Shown here: piece after piece, positions 1 to 12,995 of the stretch
Layout of the letters: each line of letters starts with the position of its first letter
How positions within the stretch are numbered: position 1 is the first letter of the stretch
Assembly (NCBI GenBank): GCA_964016885.1
Contig: OZ024755.1
Span: 5,580,001-5,644,000, forward strand
Direction: 5' to 3'
DNA from: Eledone cirrhosa
Lineage: Eukaryota
Length of the DNA stretch: 64,000 nt
Position numbers and translations under genes: made by a program
Notes under the pieces: model-generated
Seen by the model: only the letters and a program-made list of their open reading frames with translations
What the model was told of the DNA's origin: nothing
Database searches by the model: none

Positions 1-744
1 TATCATTATGATGAAGTTAAAGTGATCATGATGATGCTAGAGTTTAATGAAAATGTAAAGATAAGCGAGAAAAATGTATGTATTGATGTAGGTAACATAT
101 ATAGAGAGCAAGCATCCGAAAATAGACAGCAGATGAATGTATGAACTAGAAGGGGATCATGGCATGGTTTAATATGTTCTCAATGTCAATAAGCCTAGAT
201 TAATCACAAGATAATAATCAGACATCGAGAAAGGAAGTTAACACATTTGCTGATGGATAGATACTTATAAGAACGGAAATAGGCTTGGCTATTGAGAATT
301 TTCCATGCGTGATTATCTACGTACATTCAGCTCCACCCATCATATATAATAACTATTTACACTATATGTACAGTGGATGACTCATAATCCCCCCCCAAAA
401 AGTGTTCTTTAATGTAGAAAATTTACCTGGTACTTCTTAATACCATTTATATTTTTACACTCTTCAGAATCATTGCATGATTTCTAAGTCCACAGCAAAA
501 AATTCTTCAATTTCACAATCATCTCTCAATCATACACAAAATACCTGCCCTTATTAGCCATACAATGCTGACATGATTAAATCTGGAGCAAAAGTCACCG
601 ATTAAGCATAAATGCTATGTAGGTTGGTATTATGAAAACTAAATTCAAACAACAATTCTTTAACTATGCTTTCCTTACTAATTTCAGTTGAGCATTTCTC
701 TCCCTTCTTTAGATATATTTATAATTAGTTTAGCCTAGTCCTGT

Positions 745-890
745 CTAAAGTCTGTATCAGGCCAGGAGGCTCATTAGGCGGGTTTCGTGGCAGGAAGCAA
801 CTGAGAATACAAGACTCCCTACTGGACAGGACGCTAGTCCATTGCAGTGTTAAACTCCATCTATTGCTGGTACTCATTTTATAACTACCC
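745..890 (-). mobile_element. 3' part of tRNA-derived SINE family C (homologous to 21251-21530)
   Basis: Reverse complement aligns with 21380-21530 (aatgagtaccagcaatag...gatggactggcgtcctgtccag...gagcctcctggc). Confidence 0.75.
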
Positions 891-1046
891 AAGAGAAATA
901 GCTCAAATCTAACACTATACCTTATACAACTTATCTTAAGCAAGGCTCAGAATTTACTATAGGGAAGATCACAGAGTAACTTAAAATAAAGGCAACCATG
1001 TGCATATTTTCCCAGAGGCAAAATAGCTAATTATATATATATATCT

Positions 1047-1377
1047 TCTCTTTTCTTTGGCCCCACTCAGTCATGGATGACCATGGTTTTGCACGTAGAA
1101 AGTTTCCCTCTGAGGCACAAGAATGGGCAAGGTTTTTTTTGTGGAAGACCAGTAGTCGCCCATGCATACCAGTCTCCCCTCTCAGCGCCACCGATGTTGT
1201 CCAAGGGAAAGACAATGACCAATACAGCTTGGCACCAGTGACGTCGCAACTCATTTCTACAGCTGAGTAAACTGGAGCAACGTGAACTAAAGTGTCTTGC
1301 TCAAGGACACAACGCATCACCCGGTCCGAGAATCGAACTCACAACCTCTCAATTGCAAGCCCAGTGCTCTAACCACT
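1047..1377 (-). mobile_element. tRNA-derived SINE family B head/core with an alternative 3' tail
   Basis: Minus strand has box A-like tggttagagc, box B-like gagttcgattc and CORE-like gtgtccttgagcaagacacttt. The head is shared with 5348-5673 and 24682-24849. Confidence 0.8.
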
Positions 1378-2280
1378 ATATATATATATATACAAGATGT
1401 CCCCCAAAATGTATACACTTATTAGAATGCTGTTGAATGTGTATATGTATTCATTAAATATTCAAATATTTGGCGAAAACAAATGAATATCTGTTACATT
1501 TTGTAGGTAGTCATTATTGCAACGATTAATATTTGAAAGGTTGTCCTACGACTGTAAGTAGGAAAAAAATAATTATTGAAAATTTGATAATGATTGAATA
1601 TCGTATTCCAGTAAAATCGACAACGTTTCACGCCTGGAATATATAAATCCTAAACCAAGCTAGTATTTCATGCATTACTTTTGGTGGCGTGCTATCAGCC
1701 GTAAACCTCTCAAAAGATAATGGATTAATTTAGACTTAAAAGGTGGTGCGATATATTTAGAAAAGAAATCTTTCCCAAGCCTGAGTCGGGGAAATATTTC
1801 GTTTGAACAGATGCATTTTAATATGATTGAAATGATGAGTCTATAGAAAGCAAACTTCAGTTTTCTCATTAGTTGGAATATTTCTATAGCAGACATTCGA
1901 TTAAATATCAGCCAAAATGATGGTAAGTGTTCTCCAATTGTATTGCTTAAGAACTAAATCTTTCGAGCTGTAAGACAATAAATAATAAATATTATACGAC
2001 CGCCCTTGTATTTACTGCGTTAACCTCTCTACAAATACATATGAAAGGATATATTAAAGCTAGACTCAGATGAAACAGTTCGACTGTTCTATCTCCATGA
2101 ACGAATATGAAATTTATATTTTCAAGTGGTTCAGACAAATTAAAAGAAAATTGAAAAGAACCGCCTTCACCAACCTCTCCCCTTCTCTCTCTCACAAACT
2201 CCTACATATTCTCTGTTGTTTTTACCTTTCTATATCATTCACTCTCCCCTCTCTCTCACACACACACATACCTATATATA

Positions 2281-3091
2281 GGGAAATGGCCATGTTCGAT
2301 ATGTAGGAAAGGAACTGATATAAATTCCATAAAATGTACGCAATGTAGATCTTGGGTACACAAGAGATGTAGTGGGATAGCAGGCAAACTAACAGGTAGG
2401 GAAAACTATGTATGCAGTAGATGTACAGGAAAAGTTGGCAGTAGTAATCGCTGTGATAGACTCATTTTTCCAATGCAGGTAGGTTCTATAGAGGTGGTTG
2501 ATAGCTTCCAGTACCTAGGTGATCAGATTAGCATGGGAGTGGGGTGTTCCGGGGCCATATATCTAGATAAAGGACAGGTTGGAAGAAGTTTAGGGAGCTG
2601 CTTCCTCTGTTGACAAAGAAGGGTTTCTCCCTGCATACGAAAGGATGGTTATATGATGCCTGTGCGAGATGTGTGATGCTGCATGGTAGTGAGACATGGG
2701 CAGCAACTGCAGAGGATATGCGACAGCTGGAGAGAAATGAAGCAAGTATGCTCCATTGGATGTGCAATGTCAATGTGTGTAAACGACCAAGCATAGACGA
2801 GTTGAGAAAGAAACTGGGTATAAGAGGGATAAGTTGTGGTGTGCAGGAGAGAAGGCTGAGATGGTATGGACATGTGATGCGCATGGAGGATGACCGCTGG
2901 GTGAAGAAATGCCAGGAAGTCGCAGTAGAAGTAGACCACGAAAAACATGGGCGGAGGTAGTGAGAGCAGACCTCAGATCGCTGAAACTCACCGAGGAGAT
3001 GACGATTGACAAGTGGAGAGATGCTGTGCTGAATAGGACCCCTCCATCCCTTGCAAGCAGGGAAAAGCAGACGTAAAATGATGATGATGAT
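2281..3091 (+). mobile_element. 5'-truncated RTE-clade LINE: C-terminal ORF remnant, 3' UTR and (ATG)n tail
   Basis: Translates to GKWPCSICRKG..NSIKCTQCRSWVHKRCSG (PHD-like), IEVVDSFQYLGDQI, GWKKFRELLPLL, VMLHGSETWA and RRLRWYGHVMRM, with frameshifts. Ends in atgatgatgat. Confidence 0.9.
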
Positions 3092-3124
3092 ATATATATA
3101 TATATATATATATATACCACAAAG

Positions 3125-3780
3125 AAAATAAAAACAAAGCAGATGAGATATAAAACAGAGAAAGAGGGCACAAGTTAATATATATATATATATACATATT
3201 GTTATACTTTGGGAGGGTCATGTTGCCAATAAGAAACACACGCACCAGTTGCTTTCACTTCAATTTATTATACATTTATAAATTTACAAATTTATAAATT
3301 TATAAATTTCTGGTTGGTTGGTGACGAAAAGACTATGACTATATATAAACAACTATCTGGTTGTGGAACCAACCAACCAACCAGAAATTTATAAATTTGT
3401 AAATTTATAAATGTATAATAAATTGAAGTGAAAGCAACTGGTGCGTGTGTTTCTTATTGGCAACATGACCCTCCCAAAGTATAACAATATCGGTTTCAAC
3501 ACACGATTTCAGATAAAGAATCTTGCTAAACAAATTCAGAAACGAAATATATATACATATATATACATAAATTAATAAAAACAATGAATAAAGAACAAGT
3601 TCCTTATATTAAAAAATTGATTTTTTAAATATAAGGAACTTGTTTGTTTTTATTCATTGTTTTTATTAATTTATGTATATATATGTATATTTATGTATAT
3701 ATATATATATTAACTTGGGGCCCTCTTTCTCTGTTTTATATCTCATCTGCTTTGTTTTTATTCATTGTTTTTATTAATTT
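3125..3780. repeat. Nested fold-back inverted repeats in (TA)n, probably Penelope-like 3' ends
   Basis: Near-perfect arms ~3197-3321/~3372-3490, a hairpin at ~3551-3692, and outer arms ~3127-3180/~3709-3762. Confidence 0.85.
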
Positions 3781-3915
3781 ATCTTGACTCTGTTTTCCTG
3801 GGATTTTTATTGAAAATTTTTGAATGCATCTCTTTCCATGATATATATATACATATATACATTTATATACATATATATACATATATTTACATATATATAC
3901 ATATATATACATATA

Positions 3916-3962
<47 letters not shown>

Positions 3963-4793
3963 CGAGAGAGAGAGATATATATATAATCTTTGTGGCCTCT
4001 TTCTCTGTCTATATCTCACTCTCTTTGTTTTTCTTTGGGATATCTCGAGAGTATTTCGGAGAAATATTTCAACGGTATTTTAGATCCGTAAGACAAATTA
4101 AGATGAACATCAATAAAAGATGGAATTTTAACTGAAAGTAACAACAACAAAAACCCCAACAAACCAACAACCGAACCAAACCAAGCGAACAAAATCTTTA
4201 CTAACTGCGTAGTTACAAAAAAAAAAAGCCAAAAAAAAACGTTAATTTTAGTTGGAATATTTTGAAACCAAAAACTTGGAACAACATATATATATCTTTA
4301 TCTGTATTGCTTAAGTCAAAATTGATGTTGCTATCATCTTTGTAACGTTCCTGAAAGATTATTTTATATGAGAAATGTTTACAGTTTCATTAGGCAACCC
4401 AGACTAACTTATTATTCATGGGATAATAATATTTTGCACTTATTGGCCTCAAAGATTTCGTAGTTGGAAAGCGCAAGAAATGGTAAAGAATAGATTTCAA
4501 AATGTATAAACAATAATAAACAATAATAAACAATAATAAACAATAAAAAAAAAAATCGAAACACATTTCTCGAAAAAAAAAATCTTACTTTTCAGTCGCT
4601 GATGAAATAAAGGAACTTGAGAAATTTGGTGGAGGTATTATTCAACGATATCAATCTGGAAATACTTAACTAATACCTGTTATATATCTATATCTGATCA
4701 AGGGAAAAGAATTATCCACTGATGAAATAGGTTAACAAGGAATAAAGATTAACATTCTTGGGAGCAGTGTGTTGTATGAAGTGTGTGTGTGTA

Positions 4794-5015
4794 TCATCAT
4801 CACCGTTTAACATCTATCTTCCACGCTAGTATGGGTTAGACGGGAATTGTCCCACTTGAGGCAAGATTGGTCGGGTGACCGTGTCTCGCTCGTATGGGAC
4901 TATCTGGCAGGTTTTCTACGGCTGGATGCCCTTCCTAACACCAACCACGTTTACAGTGTGGAACTGGGAACTTTTTACCGTGTTACCTACACGGCCACAT
5001 TACAGCGTGGACTGT
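4794..5015 (-). mobile_element. SINE/LINE 3' tail fragment with (ATG)n end (RTE-type tail family)
   Basis: Homologous to 16897-17110 and, inverted, to 13240-13410. Shares ctacagctggatgcccttcctaacacca with SINE family B. Confidence 0.7.
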
Positions 5016-5139
5016 GTGTTTTTTTGTCGTGACACCTACACGACCTCATTTATTTTGGACTGGATGTTGTGGTACCAACATAACTTTACAGAGAAAGGGT
5101 GGTGTTGGTGGGAGTGGGAGGATGGAGTAGGAAATTGGA

Positions 5140-5345
5140 ACATTATCCACTGAAGGTTCCTTAATCCCGGATGACGGGATTGTCCTGAAATACTGGACAG
5201 ATAAAACAACAACAAAAAGATTACCAGGTAACTTTTACTTTTTGTTACCTCATCTTACAGTTCATTTGGCATTGTTCAACCTTCTATGTCTTTCAACGTT
5301 ATATAGTATATACAATGCTTCAAGCAAACTATAACATTTTATATA
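5140..5345 (+). mobile_element. Degenerate hammerhead-bearing Penelope-like pLTR fragment
   Basis: CGGATGA(5168)-cgggattgtcct-GAAA-tactgGAC-agataa has HHR layout with core mutations and ends in (TA)n. Confidence 0.4.
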
Positions 5346-5347
5346 TA

Positions 5348-5671
5348 TCATCATTTCATTTTACGTCCACTTTTCCCTGCTTGCAAGGGTGGGACGGGAA
5401 CTGATTCTGGCTTGATTTCTACAGCTGGATGCCCTTCCTAACACCAACCTCATTTACAGTGAGTGCTGGGTGCTTTTTTGCCGTGTCACCTCCACGACCA
5501 TTTTACAGAGGAATGATAGGGACCCCAGTCCCTATCATCTCATTTCTACAGCTGAGTAAACTCGAGCAATTTGAAATAAAGTGTCTTGCTCAAGGAAACA
5601 ACACATCACCCGATCTGAGAATTGAACTCACAACCTTTCGATTGCAAGGCCAATGCTCTAACCACTAAGCC

Positions 5672-5673
<2 letters not shown>
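5348..5673 (-). mobile_element. Full-length SINE family B with RTE-derived 3' tail
   Basis: tRNA-like head at the right end and a CORE-like body. The tail ccttgcaagcagggaaaagtggacgtaaaatga matches the end of the RTE LINE at 3049-3091. Confidence 0.85.
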
Positions 5674-5711
<38 letters not shown>

Positions 5712-8087
5712 ATAATATCACCCCTCAGCATTTAGAGAGTTAGAGATATACAGAAATCTTACAGGTCAGCATTTTCAATAAACACATTTCTAGCCGTGAG
5801 ATATTGATTCTGTTTTTAAAGCATATTTTTCTTTTATGTGTCGAGAGAAGAAATCGACTTGATTAGTTTGGACTTCATCAAAGAGCGCCTACACGTTTTC
5901 CTTACTATAGAAATAATAGTAAGTAGTCTATAGCTTTCAATAATATACAACGACAAGTCTAGAACTAAATTAGTTTGTGTTAATTTGTATAGCATTAGTA
6001 GAAGTGTTTGTAAAGATTAATTAATTAATAGCAGTAAACTTCATCAATTTTCTGGTGTTATAACACTCCAAGCAACATCTACTCCTTGGGTGCCATTATC
6101 TGAGTCTACATTGTTGTAAATATTCGGGTCAGGTTACTTATTTGAGGGTACATTCTTGGAAAGGTTCAAAGTCTCTGATTATTCCTCCCAGGGAATATAT
6201 AATATATAAAAAAAAAAGAAGGAAAACATTGGCACAAGACTAACAACTTGAGGGTAGAGAAAAGTTGATAATATTGATCCAGTTCTTTATTGGGAATTCA
6301 TTTTATCGAATCTGAAAGGCAAAGTTGACTTCGGCAAGATTTGATCTCAGAACATAGACAGTCATAGCTAAATACTGCAAAGAATTTTGTCCGATGTCCC
6401 AACAATTCTATAATAAATAATTGTTTCTACTTTTGGCACAATACCAGTAATTGAAAAGGGAGAAAAAAGTCAATTAAATCGACCCCAATGTGTTAATAGT
6501 ACTTTATTTTATAGACCTCGTATAGCTAACCTCGTAAATATTCATAAATATTCCTTAGAGTTCTTTCTTCATCCCCTCTCCCCCAAACTGAATATGTGTG
6601 TATGTGTGTGCGTGCGAACAAATGGTAGAGGCAAAAATGCTTGAGGACAGTAGTCTGTATGAAATAGAGTCTTACAGTCAGAATATAGCAAGAGGGGAAA
6701 TTACTTCTCTCAACTGAGACTATCCTCACAATTTTGAGACTTAAACTCCCTAGTGAAAAATCAGAAAGGAAGAAGACTTCAATAGGCGAGAGGTAGATCA
6801 ACCCCCTTGCAATAACTTAAATATATGCAGGGTGCAAATGTCCTAAAAAACTGACCCACCCTGTATATTTGTGTGTTTGTTGTAAAGCCGCATATTGCTT
6901 CTCTCAAAAACCATCAGATGTTAAATTAATTAACTGAATCTTACAGGTACATAGTCACCTGATTCTGGACAGAAAATCGGCCTGGGGAAAATCTAAACAG
7001 ATTAATATATATATATATATATATTAGGAAATTAGATACAGTCTTAATTAATTAAGTAGTTCATTTCACGGTCTATACAGTTTCCATATCATTGGCAATA
7101 AGTATGAGCCCACGTGGGAGAGAAATAATAGAACATGAGATACCAAATTTGATACCATAAAGAATATATTTCACCAGTTTACCATTAGTACCAATGAAAA
7201 TGGAGATGGGTGTTAGCAGTATACAACCTAGTGTAAATCATTATACAGACACGCACACACACACATATATACATATATATATTTTCATATACACACATAT
7301 ATACGCATATACACTCATATATACGCATATATATATCATCATCATCATATATATATATATACACACACATACACGCATATACTTATATATACATGCACAT
7401 ATCTAACAGTAACAAAGTATATATATATATAAATAAATAAACAGAGAGATGAATTCTACACAGAACAAGGTGAATGACTATGGAGTTTCTACTAATATGA
7501 GAATGTAAACCAAAAACTAACACATAGACACACAAAACATGAAACCAATTATAACTATTATGCTTCAAATGTTGAGAAATTTTTAATCAAGCGTCTATGA
7601 TTTCATAGCACTCCTGTGATCCTTATTACTCGCTACTAAGCACATGACCAATACTCTCATAATATAACAGTTCTGATTCTGAAGATCGGGCCATGGCGGA
7701 TTCGAAAGGTTAATAACACATGGTTTTAAGTTAAGGGTGGAAATACTCACTTGAGTAGGGTTTCTGCTCTGAAAACCTTCTGCTGTCCAGCTCTCCTTAG
7801 AGAACCAAAACCTGGCAAATGCCTGGACTTTGGAGAGGAATTTTTTAGGGGCAAACTTATTTACGAACGAAGGGAACATATATAAAATATGGGAAACTAT
7901 TTTGTCGAAATATGTAAGCCTTGACAAGGAACTGATTTACCGGTGCTTTTTGAACATGAGTAGTTTGAAAGATATTTGTTCCACCAGAGTTGTAGGGACA
8001 ACCACATTGTCAATTTAATCACCGTAAATGTAGTGAAACCTTGATGAGTCTGTTAGTAAGCTGTAGTTTATGTTGAGATTATGCACA

Positions 8088-8128
<41 letters not shown>

Positions 8129-8376
8129 ATATATATATAATGTAAATGAATAATGTTACATTCCGTGTTTCGTACAACTCAAGAATGATGGCAACATATT
8201 TGCCAACAGGTGGAGCTCTGTTTCACCATTCGTATCAATCTTTGTCAGAAACACTACCACGTGCGCCTACACCCCCACCAATACACACACACACACACAT
8301 ATATGTGTGTTATGGATGCATGCACATACACCCGAACAAACACAATACACGTGTATGTATGTGCACATATATACAT

Positions 8377-8408
<32 letters not shown>

Positions 8409-8409
8409 C

Positions 8410-8879
8410 ATACACACTGATATATTATATGTGTATATATATATATACATACAGACTGATATATTATATGTGTGTATATATATACATATATATATACATA
8501 CATACACACTGATATATTATATGTGTATATATATATATACATACAGACTGATATATTATATGTGTGTATATATATACACATACACACTGATATATTATAT
8601 GTATATATATATATATATACATACACACTGATATATTTTATGTGTGTTTATATATACATATATATACATACATACACACTGATATATTATATGTGTGTAT
8701 ATATATCAGTATATATACATACATACACACTGATATATTATATGTGTGTGTATATATATATATATATACATACACACTGATATATTATATGTGTGTATAT
8801 ATATACATATATATACATACATACACACATATATTATATGTGTGTATATATATACATATATATACATACATACACACTG

Positions 8880-8919
<40 letters not shown>

Positions 8920-8926
8920 CACACTG

Positions 8927-8966
<40 letters not shown>

Positions 8967-9065
8967 CACACTGATATATTATATATATATATATATATAC
9001 ATACACATACACACTGATATATTATATATATATATACACATACACACTGATATATTATATGTGTA
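8410..9065. repeat. Compound minisatellite: (cacactgatatattatatgtg + variable (TA)n) x ~15
   Basis: Repeated anchor ctgatatattat separated by variable TA/CA runs. Confidence 0.9.
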
Positions 9066-9689
9066 TATACTGACGGTTCCTAACTAAATACCTCGTTCAA
9101 AATGTTGGCATTTGCCATTATGAAATGAATGAGTTGACTAGATGGATGACTTCCATCATATGAAACTATTATCATAACCTAACAAGGCGGAAAACTGATG
9201 CTTCAGAAATACTCTTACACCTGACCCCCCACAACGCCCCCACCACACCACACCCCACCACACCGGCCCGGACCGGCCCATCTTCACCACCTTTCAGTTT
9301 AATCGCCTGAAGAAAGGAGTTAACTGTGATAGCTGCCAGCCGAATCCACTAATTCTCTCAGCTTAGTGAAACTCATTTACAGGGAAATACTGAAAACTCA
9401 TCAATCATATTTCTTTAAAAAGAAAAAAAATATATATATATATATATATAAAGGTAGCAATCAAAAGTATGATCTGCTGAAAATTGAAATAAAATTCTAC
9501 CAAAAAAAAACAACAACAAAAATAATAAAAATAAATAAATAAATAAAACAAACAACAAAAACAATAATAAATAAGTAAATCTCAATGAGAGAACATATTC
9601 ATAAATTATAAACATTGCTCTCGAGTATCCAATATTTGCAAGGATTTCTCTAAGTCATCATTCCAAATGTAAATACACATAGATATGCA

Positions 9690-10010
9690 CATATGCTTGC
9701 ATTCATGTATTAACAGTCGCATGCTAGCACTCATGTATTAACAGTCGCATGCTGGCACTCATGTATTAACAGTTACGCTGGCCACTCATGTATTAACAGT
9801 CGCATGCTTGCATTCATGTATTAACAGTCGCATGCTTGCATTCATGTATTAACAGTCGCATGCTTGCATTCATGTATTAACAGTCGCATGCTGGCATTCA
9901 TGTATTAACAGTCGCATGCTGGCACTCATGTATTAACAGTTATGCTGGCCACTCATGTATTAACAGTCGCATGCTAGCACTCATGTATTAACAGTTATGC
10001 TGGCCACTCA
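9690..10010. repeat. 28-29 bp tandem minisatellite, ~11 copies
   Basis: Unit gcattcatgtattaacagtcgcatgctt, with a variant ccactcatgtattaacagttatgctgg. Confidence 0.95.
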
Positions 10011-10014
10011 TACA

Positions 10015-10150
10015 CATGGATGTAAGGTTAAGATGTTCCTCTCACAACCATGTGGTTCTGGGTTCAGTCATCCTGTGTGGTACTTTGGGTAATTGTTTAC
10101 TATAGCCTCGGGTTTACCAATGCCTTGTGAGGGAAACTTAAGGACACCAC
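10015..10150 (+). mobile_element. Degenerate SINE family D (CORE-like)
   Basis: ggttctgggttcagtc...tactatagcctcggg...gccttgtgag. Relatives at 36415-36590 (-), 41240-41390 (-) and 56225-56375 (+). Confidence 0.65.
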
Positions 10151-10302
10151 CATATATATATATAATATTAAGGATACTATTTATAGTTATGTATATTTTA
10201 AACCATAAACAAGGAAGGTCAGTAATTTATTACTACCTTATTACCAGTAAGATAAATAGCTCAATGTAATAACATCAGTTGTTCTACAGAGCAGTTATAT
10301 AG

Positions 10303-10430
10303 TATTCACAAGAATCAAAGCTATGTTCAATTATGTGTACAAACATTGAAAAATGCTCTGAAGACTCCAAGCCTAGGTTTGGATGAAACAATTGTAAATG
10401 AATAAATGCTTTGAACATAGCTTTGATTCT

Positions 10431-10438
<8 letters not shown>
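10303..10438 (+). ncRNA. Minimal type I hammerhead ribozyme motif between 28-bp inverted repeats
   Basis: CTGAAGA(10358)-c tccaagcc ta ggtttgga t-GAAAC-AATT-GTA(10396). Palindromic stem III (ACAATTGT), weak stem I, AATAAA downstream. IR arms at 10303-10330/10411-10438. Confidence 0.6.
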
Positions 10439-10481
<43 letters not shown>

Positions 10482-10546
10482 CACACACACACAAGTTTAT
10501 CCATATATATATATATATATATATACACAAGTTTATCCATATATAT

Positions 10547-10945
10547 AAGTTTATCCCGGGTTCAATCAGAGGTAACCACAGTAAGTAAAGTACTCAATAC
10601 AAAGCAGAGTATAGATATTTAATATAGAAAAGCTTCTACAGGACTAAAACTGTTTCATTCGGGAGAAATCACCAGGAAGCTGACTGTCCAAGTAATATGG
10701 TGGCATTTATATCTTTTCTGGTGGTAAGAGAGGGTGGGGATTGAGATGGATGGAGGTCACTGGTTGATGGGTTTAAAGAAAAGGGAATTCTTTAAAAACT
10801 ATATTTAGAATAACAAAGGCAGAAAAAATTCTATAGACAGGTTCACTCTGGGGTGCCACTCCTGATTTTTAAGAAAAATCATCAGCTTCCTGATGATTTC
10901 TCCTGAATGAAATAGTTCTAGTCATGTAGAAGCTTTTCTATATAA
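10547..10945. mobile_element. Penelope-like family 1 pLTR with two opposed hammerheads
   Basis: Minus-strand HHR at ~10631-10681 (CTGGTGA variant). Plus-strand HHR agcttc-CTGATGA(10890)-tttctcctgaat-GAAA-tagttctagtcatg-TA-gaagct. Flanked by (TA)n. Confidence 0.75.
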
Positions 10946-10949
10946 TATA

Positions 10950-11140
10950 TGTGTGTGGGAAGGGTTGGATTTAGACCTGGGGGCCTCCCCCCTCATACAC
11001 ATACAAATTGGAATACACAGAAAACCCCACCATTTTACATATCAAAGTTATACATACAGGTATTAAATAAAAAAATTCTAACCATCCTAAAACTAAAAAG
11101 CCAAGCTGAGGACGTAAATAAATTGCTACAGACGGCGCTG
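10950..11140. repeat. Unclassified dispersed repeat (second copy ~42395-42590)
   Basis: Shared ggatttagacct...tatacatacaggtattaaataaaaaaattctaaccatcctaaaactaaaaagc...aaataaattgctacag. Confidence 0.7.
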
Positions 11141-11672
11141 GTATTTTGACATTCTATCTACGAAATATGCAGTAACCATCCAAAGACTATATACATACAC
11201 ACATGTAATTACAGAGAGAGAGAGAGAGAGATGGAGGGAAGAATGTGTGGATGTGGGAGACAGAGAGAATGAGATAGGAAATATATTTCCGTTTAAGATT
11301 TAATAACATCAACAATATTAAACATATTTTTGAAAACAGAAATGTGAGATTGAAATGGAGAGACAAATCCAAATAATCTTACAATGATACGAATTTGGCA
11401 AACGAAAAGCTGGCACACTCACATACTTTTCTTGTTTATATTTTTGTTGCCACCAAAGACAGGCGATAAGTTGACAGGGTTGTAAGAATGTCGGAATAGA
11501 ATGCTTCTCGATATTCCTCCGACTCACTGAGTTCAAATCCCACCAAGGTCAACCTTGCTTTCATCCTTTCAAGATCGATGAATAAGTGACCAGTTCGATA
11601 CTCAGGGCTGGTTCTACCTCAATATCTTCCTCACACACACAGGCACACATATACACAGTCATACACAGACAC

Positions 11673-12150
11673 TCATGCTTCCCGAGATTCACCAACACTA
11701 CACCTAATATTCCCCCTCCATACACACACATCATCATCATCATCATTTCATTTTACGTCCACTTTTCCCTGCTTGCAAGGGTGGGACGGGAACTGATTCT
11801 GGCTTGATTTCTACAGCTGGATGCCCTTCCTAACACCAACCTCATTTACAGTGTGTGCTGGGTGCTTTTTTGCCGTGGCACCTCCATGACCACTTTGCAG
11901 TGGAATGATAGGGACCCCAGTCCCTATCATCTCATTTCTACAGTGAGTAAACTGGAGCAATGTGAAATAAGTGCCTTGCTCAAGGAAACAATACATCACC
12001 CAGTCTGTATACACACACATGTATATCATGACTCATACACTATTCACTGCCCTGACATTTGTACATTATTCTATGTACTATACAGGCACCTTTGATGAGT
12101 TGTAGTGCACCTGAGCACTGAACACAATAATTTCATTATTATTATTATTA
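11673..12150 (+). mobile_element. CR1-like LINE 3' UTR interrupted by a SINE
   Basis: 11673-11730 and 12009-12150 match 22232-22402; (ATT)n tail. Confidence 0.8.
11731..12008 (-). mobile_element. 5'-truncated SINE family B with RTE tail and 12-bp TSD
   Basis: Near-identical to 5348-5615. TSD atacacacacat at 11720-11731 and 12009-12020. Confidence 0.85.
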
Positions 12151-12809
12151 TACACAAGCATGCAGCATTGTTTACAGAACAGTGTTCTTATTAACTCAAC
12201 CAATGTGTGGTAGATTGTCAGAATCATTAGAGCGTTCAAGAAAATATTTTGCAGTAGTTTTATGTTCTAAGTTAACTTTGTTTTCCATCATTTTGGCGTC
12301 GATAAAACAAAGCCCCACTTCAGTGTTGAGGTTGTTAGGTTCATGCTTAAATCAGAAACCATTATTAGTTGACCTTATCTCAACAGACAAATGAAAAAGA
12401 CATTCCAGACATGACCCCCCTTTGTCATTTCTTTTTCTGTCATTGTGTTTCTAGAACTCAATTACATTATACGTACTTCCGTTAGTTTTTTTTTTTTAAA
12501 GACGGAAGACTGAGATTTGACAGATATTTGGCAGCTAAATCAAGCAAACACAGTGACCTCCTGTTTGTTCATTGAGCTGTTTTATATCGACGATTGGATA
12601 TCAGGAATTGTCAAATATTCAAACCGGAAGGAAATTACTGATTCTCTCAGAGATTTACGAATATTTGCTATTTGACAAATAATGTCTGTTTTTATTTTTT
12701 ATTTTTTGGGATGGTGGGGGTGGTGGAGGGATTTCTAACCAGATGTAGTTTGGGTTTCGAAAATCAAACCCATTATATTTTGAAAAATTAAAAAGTCAGA
12801 ACCTTTTAA

Positions 12810-12995
12810 CCCTTTAGCATTTACATTATTCTATATTTACTATTGTATTTTCATAGTAAAGGCTTTATTTTACATAATTATCTCACAATATTGAATCTAA
12901 GAAATTTTGATATTTAAGAGGCTGGTTATGGCTGGTTTGAACAGAAAGAGGTGGGAGAATTCTGGCTGGATATGGCCGGTTTAAATGCTAAAGGG
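12810..12995. mobile_element. piggyBac-type MITE, copy 1
   Basis: TTAA-ccctttagcattt...aaatgctaaaggg-CTAA. Confidence 0.8.

Noticed and set aside
4595-4740. CTGATGA at ~4599 and ~4719 (also ~9307, ~47888, ~50518, ~63443)
   Set aside because: No convincing stem II/GAAA/stem III arrangement.
7595-7927. 110-aa ORF with a possible minus-strand exon (donor near 7750)
   Set aside because: No recognisable domain and only a weak acceptor; cannot be supported from sequence alone.
9690-10010. CRISPR-like 28-bp repeats (also the 29-bp and 61-bp arrays)
   Set aside because: Head-to-tail with no unique spacers, no cas genes, eukaryotic context.
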